A DNA stretch of 64,000 bases from Eledone cirrhosa (Eukaryota). The notes below the pieces were generated by a model that was given only the letters and a program-made list of their open reading frames with translations, did no database searches and was not told the origin of the DNA. Made by a program: the position numbers and the translations under genes. The DNA lies in NCBI GenBank assembly GCA_964016885.1, contig OZ024740.1, forward strand, positions 393,142,001 to 393,206,000, given 5' to 3'. Each line of letters begins with the position of its first letter. Position 1 is the stretch's first letter. This document shows positions 63,685 to 64,000 of the stretch, piece after piece.

Positions 63685-63900
63685 ACGGTGGATTGGCAGA
63701 GTCGGTAGAGCGTCGGAGAATATGCTTTGCAGCATAGAGTTGCAGTCATTTAAACTCTGAGCTCAAATCCTGCCGAGGTTAGCTTTGCCTTTCAGCCTTA
63801 AGGGGTTGATAAAATAAAGCACCAGTAACATACTGGAGTAAATTTAATTGACTTCCCCTCCCCCCAAAAATTGTTGGCCTTGTGCCTAAATCAGAAACCA
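63685..63900 (+). mobile_element. SINE family B
   Basis: Matches the consensus head and central domain. Confidence 0.85.
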
Positions 63901-64000
63901 TTATTATATCAGAGTAACTGGGAATGATGTATACAAGTCTACTGGCAACAAATCTGAGATATATATACCAGGATTCTACTGAGTGGACACATAGAGACAT

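Overview
Eukaryotic, AT-rich, microsatellite- and SINE-dense DNA. The repeat content (tRNA-headed SINEs with RTE-type (GAT)n tails, RTE/CR1/R4-like LINE debris, Penelope-like elements) suggests a coleoid cephalopod such as an octopus; this is an inference. The window lies inside one minus-strand gene that I recognise as TMEM135. Three phase-compatible GT-AG exons (59807-59853, 5121-5162, 3284-3485) splice to VLMFSFVSAVFLYLYR-SKGGLQSYIANVIR-FFVGSEE...KRCEHTPRHPLCKHNDGCIHYTLR. A single ~54.6 kb intron (5163-59806) fills most of the window. The strongest unannotated signals are: (i) several hammerhead-ribozyme folds, four close to canonical (23250, 38196, 47127, 63308), probably derived from Penelope-like elements, several of them on the TMEM135 sense strand; (ii) a frame-preserving 153-nt candidate cassette exon in TMEM135, with an alternative stop-containing version; (iii) a candidate antisense nested exon with a GC donor that encodes a poly-Leu signal-peptide-like segment; (iv) long inverted-repeat pairs able to form dsRNA in the pre-mRNA; (v) a codon-phased Gly/Cys minisatellite. 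I cannot demonstrate a wholly new biological system from sequence alone. All homology calls come from recalled motifs, not database searches, and repeat boundaries are approximate.
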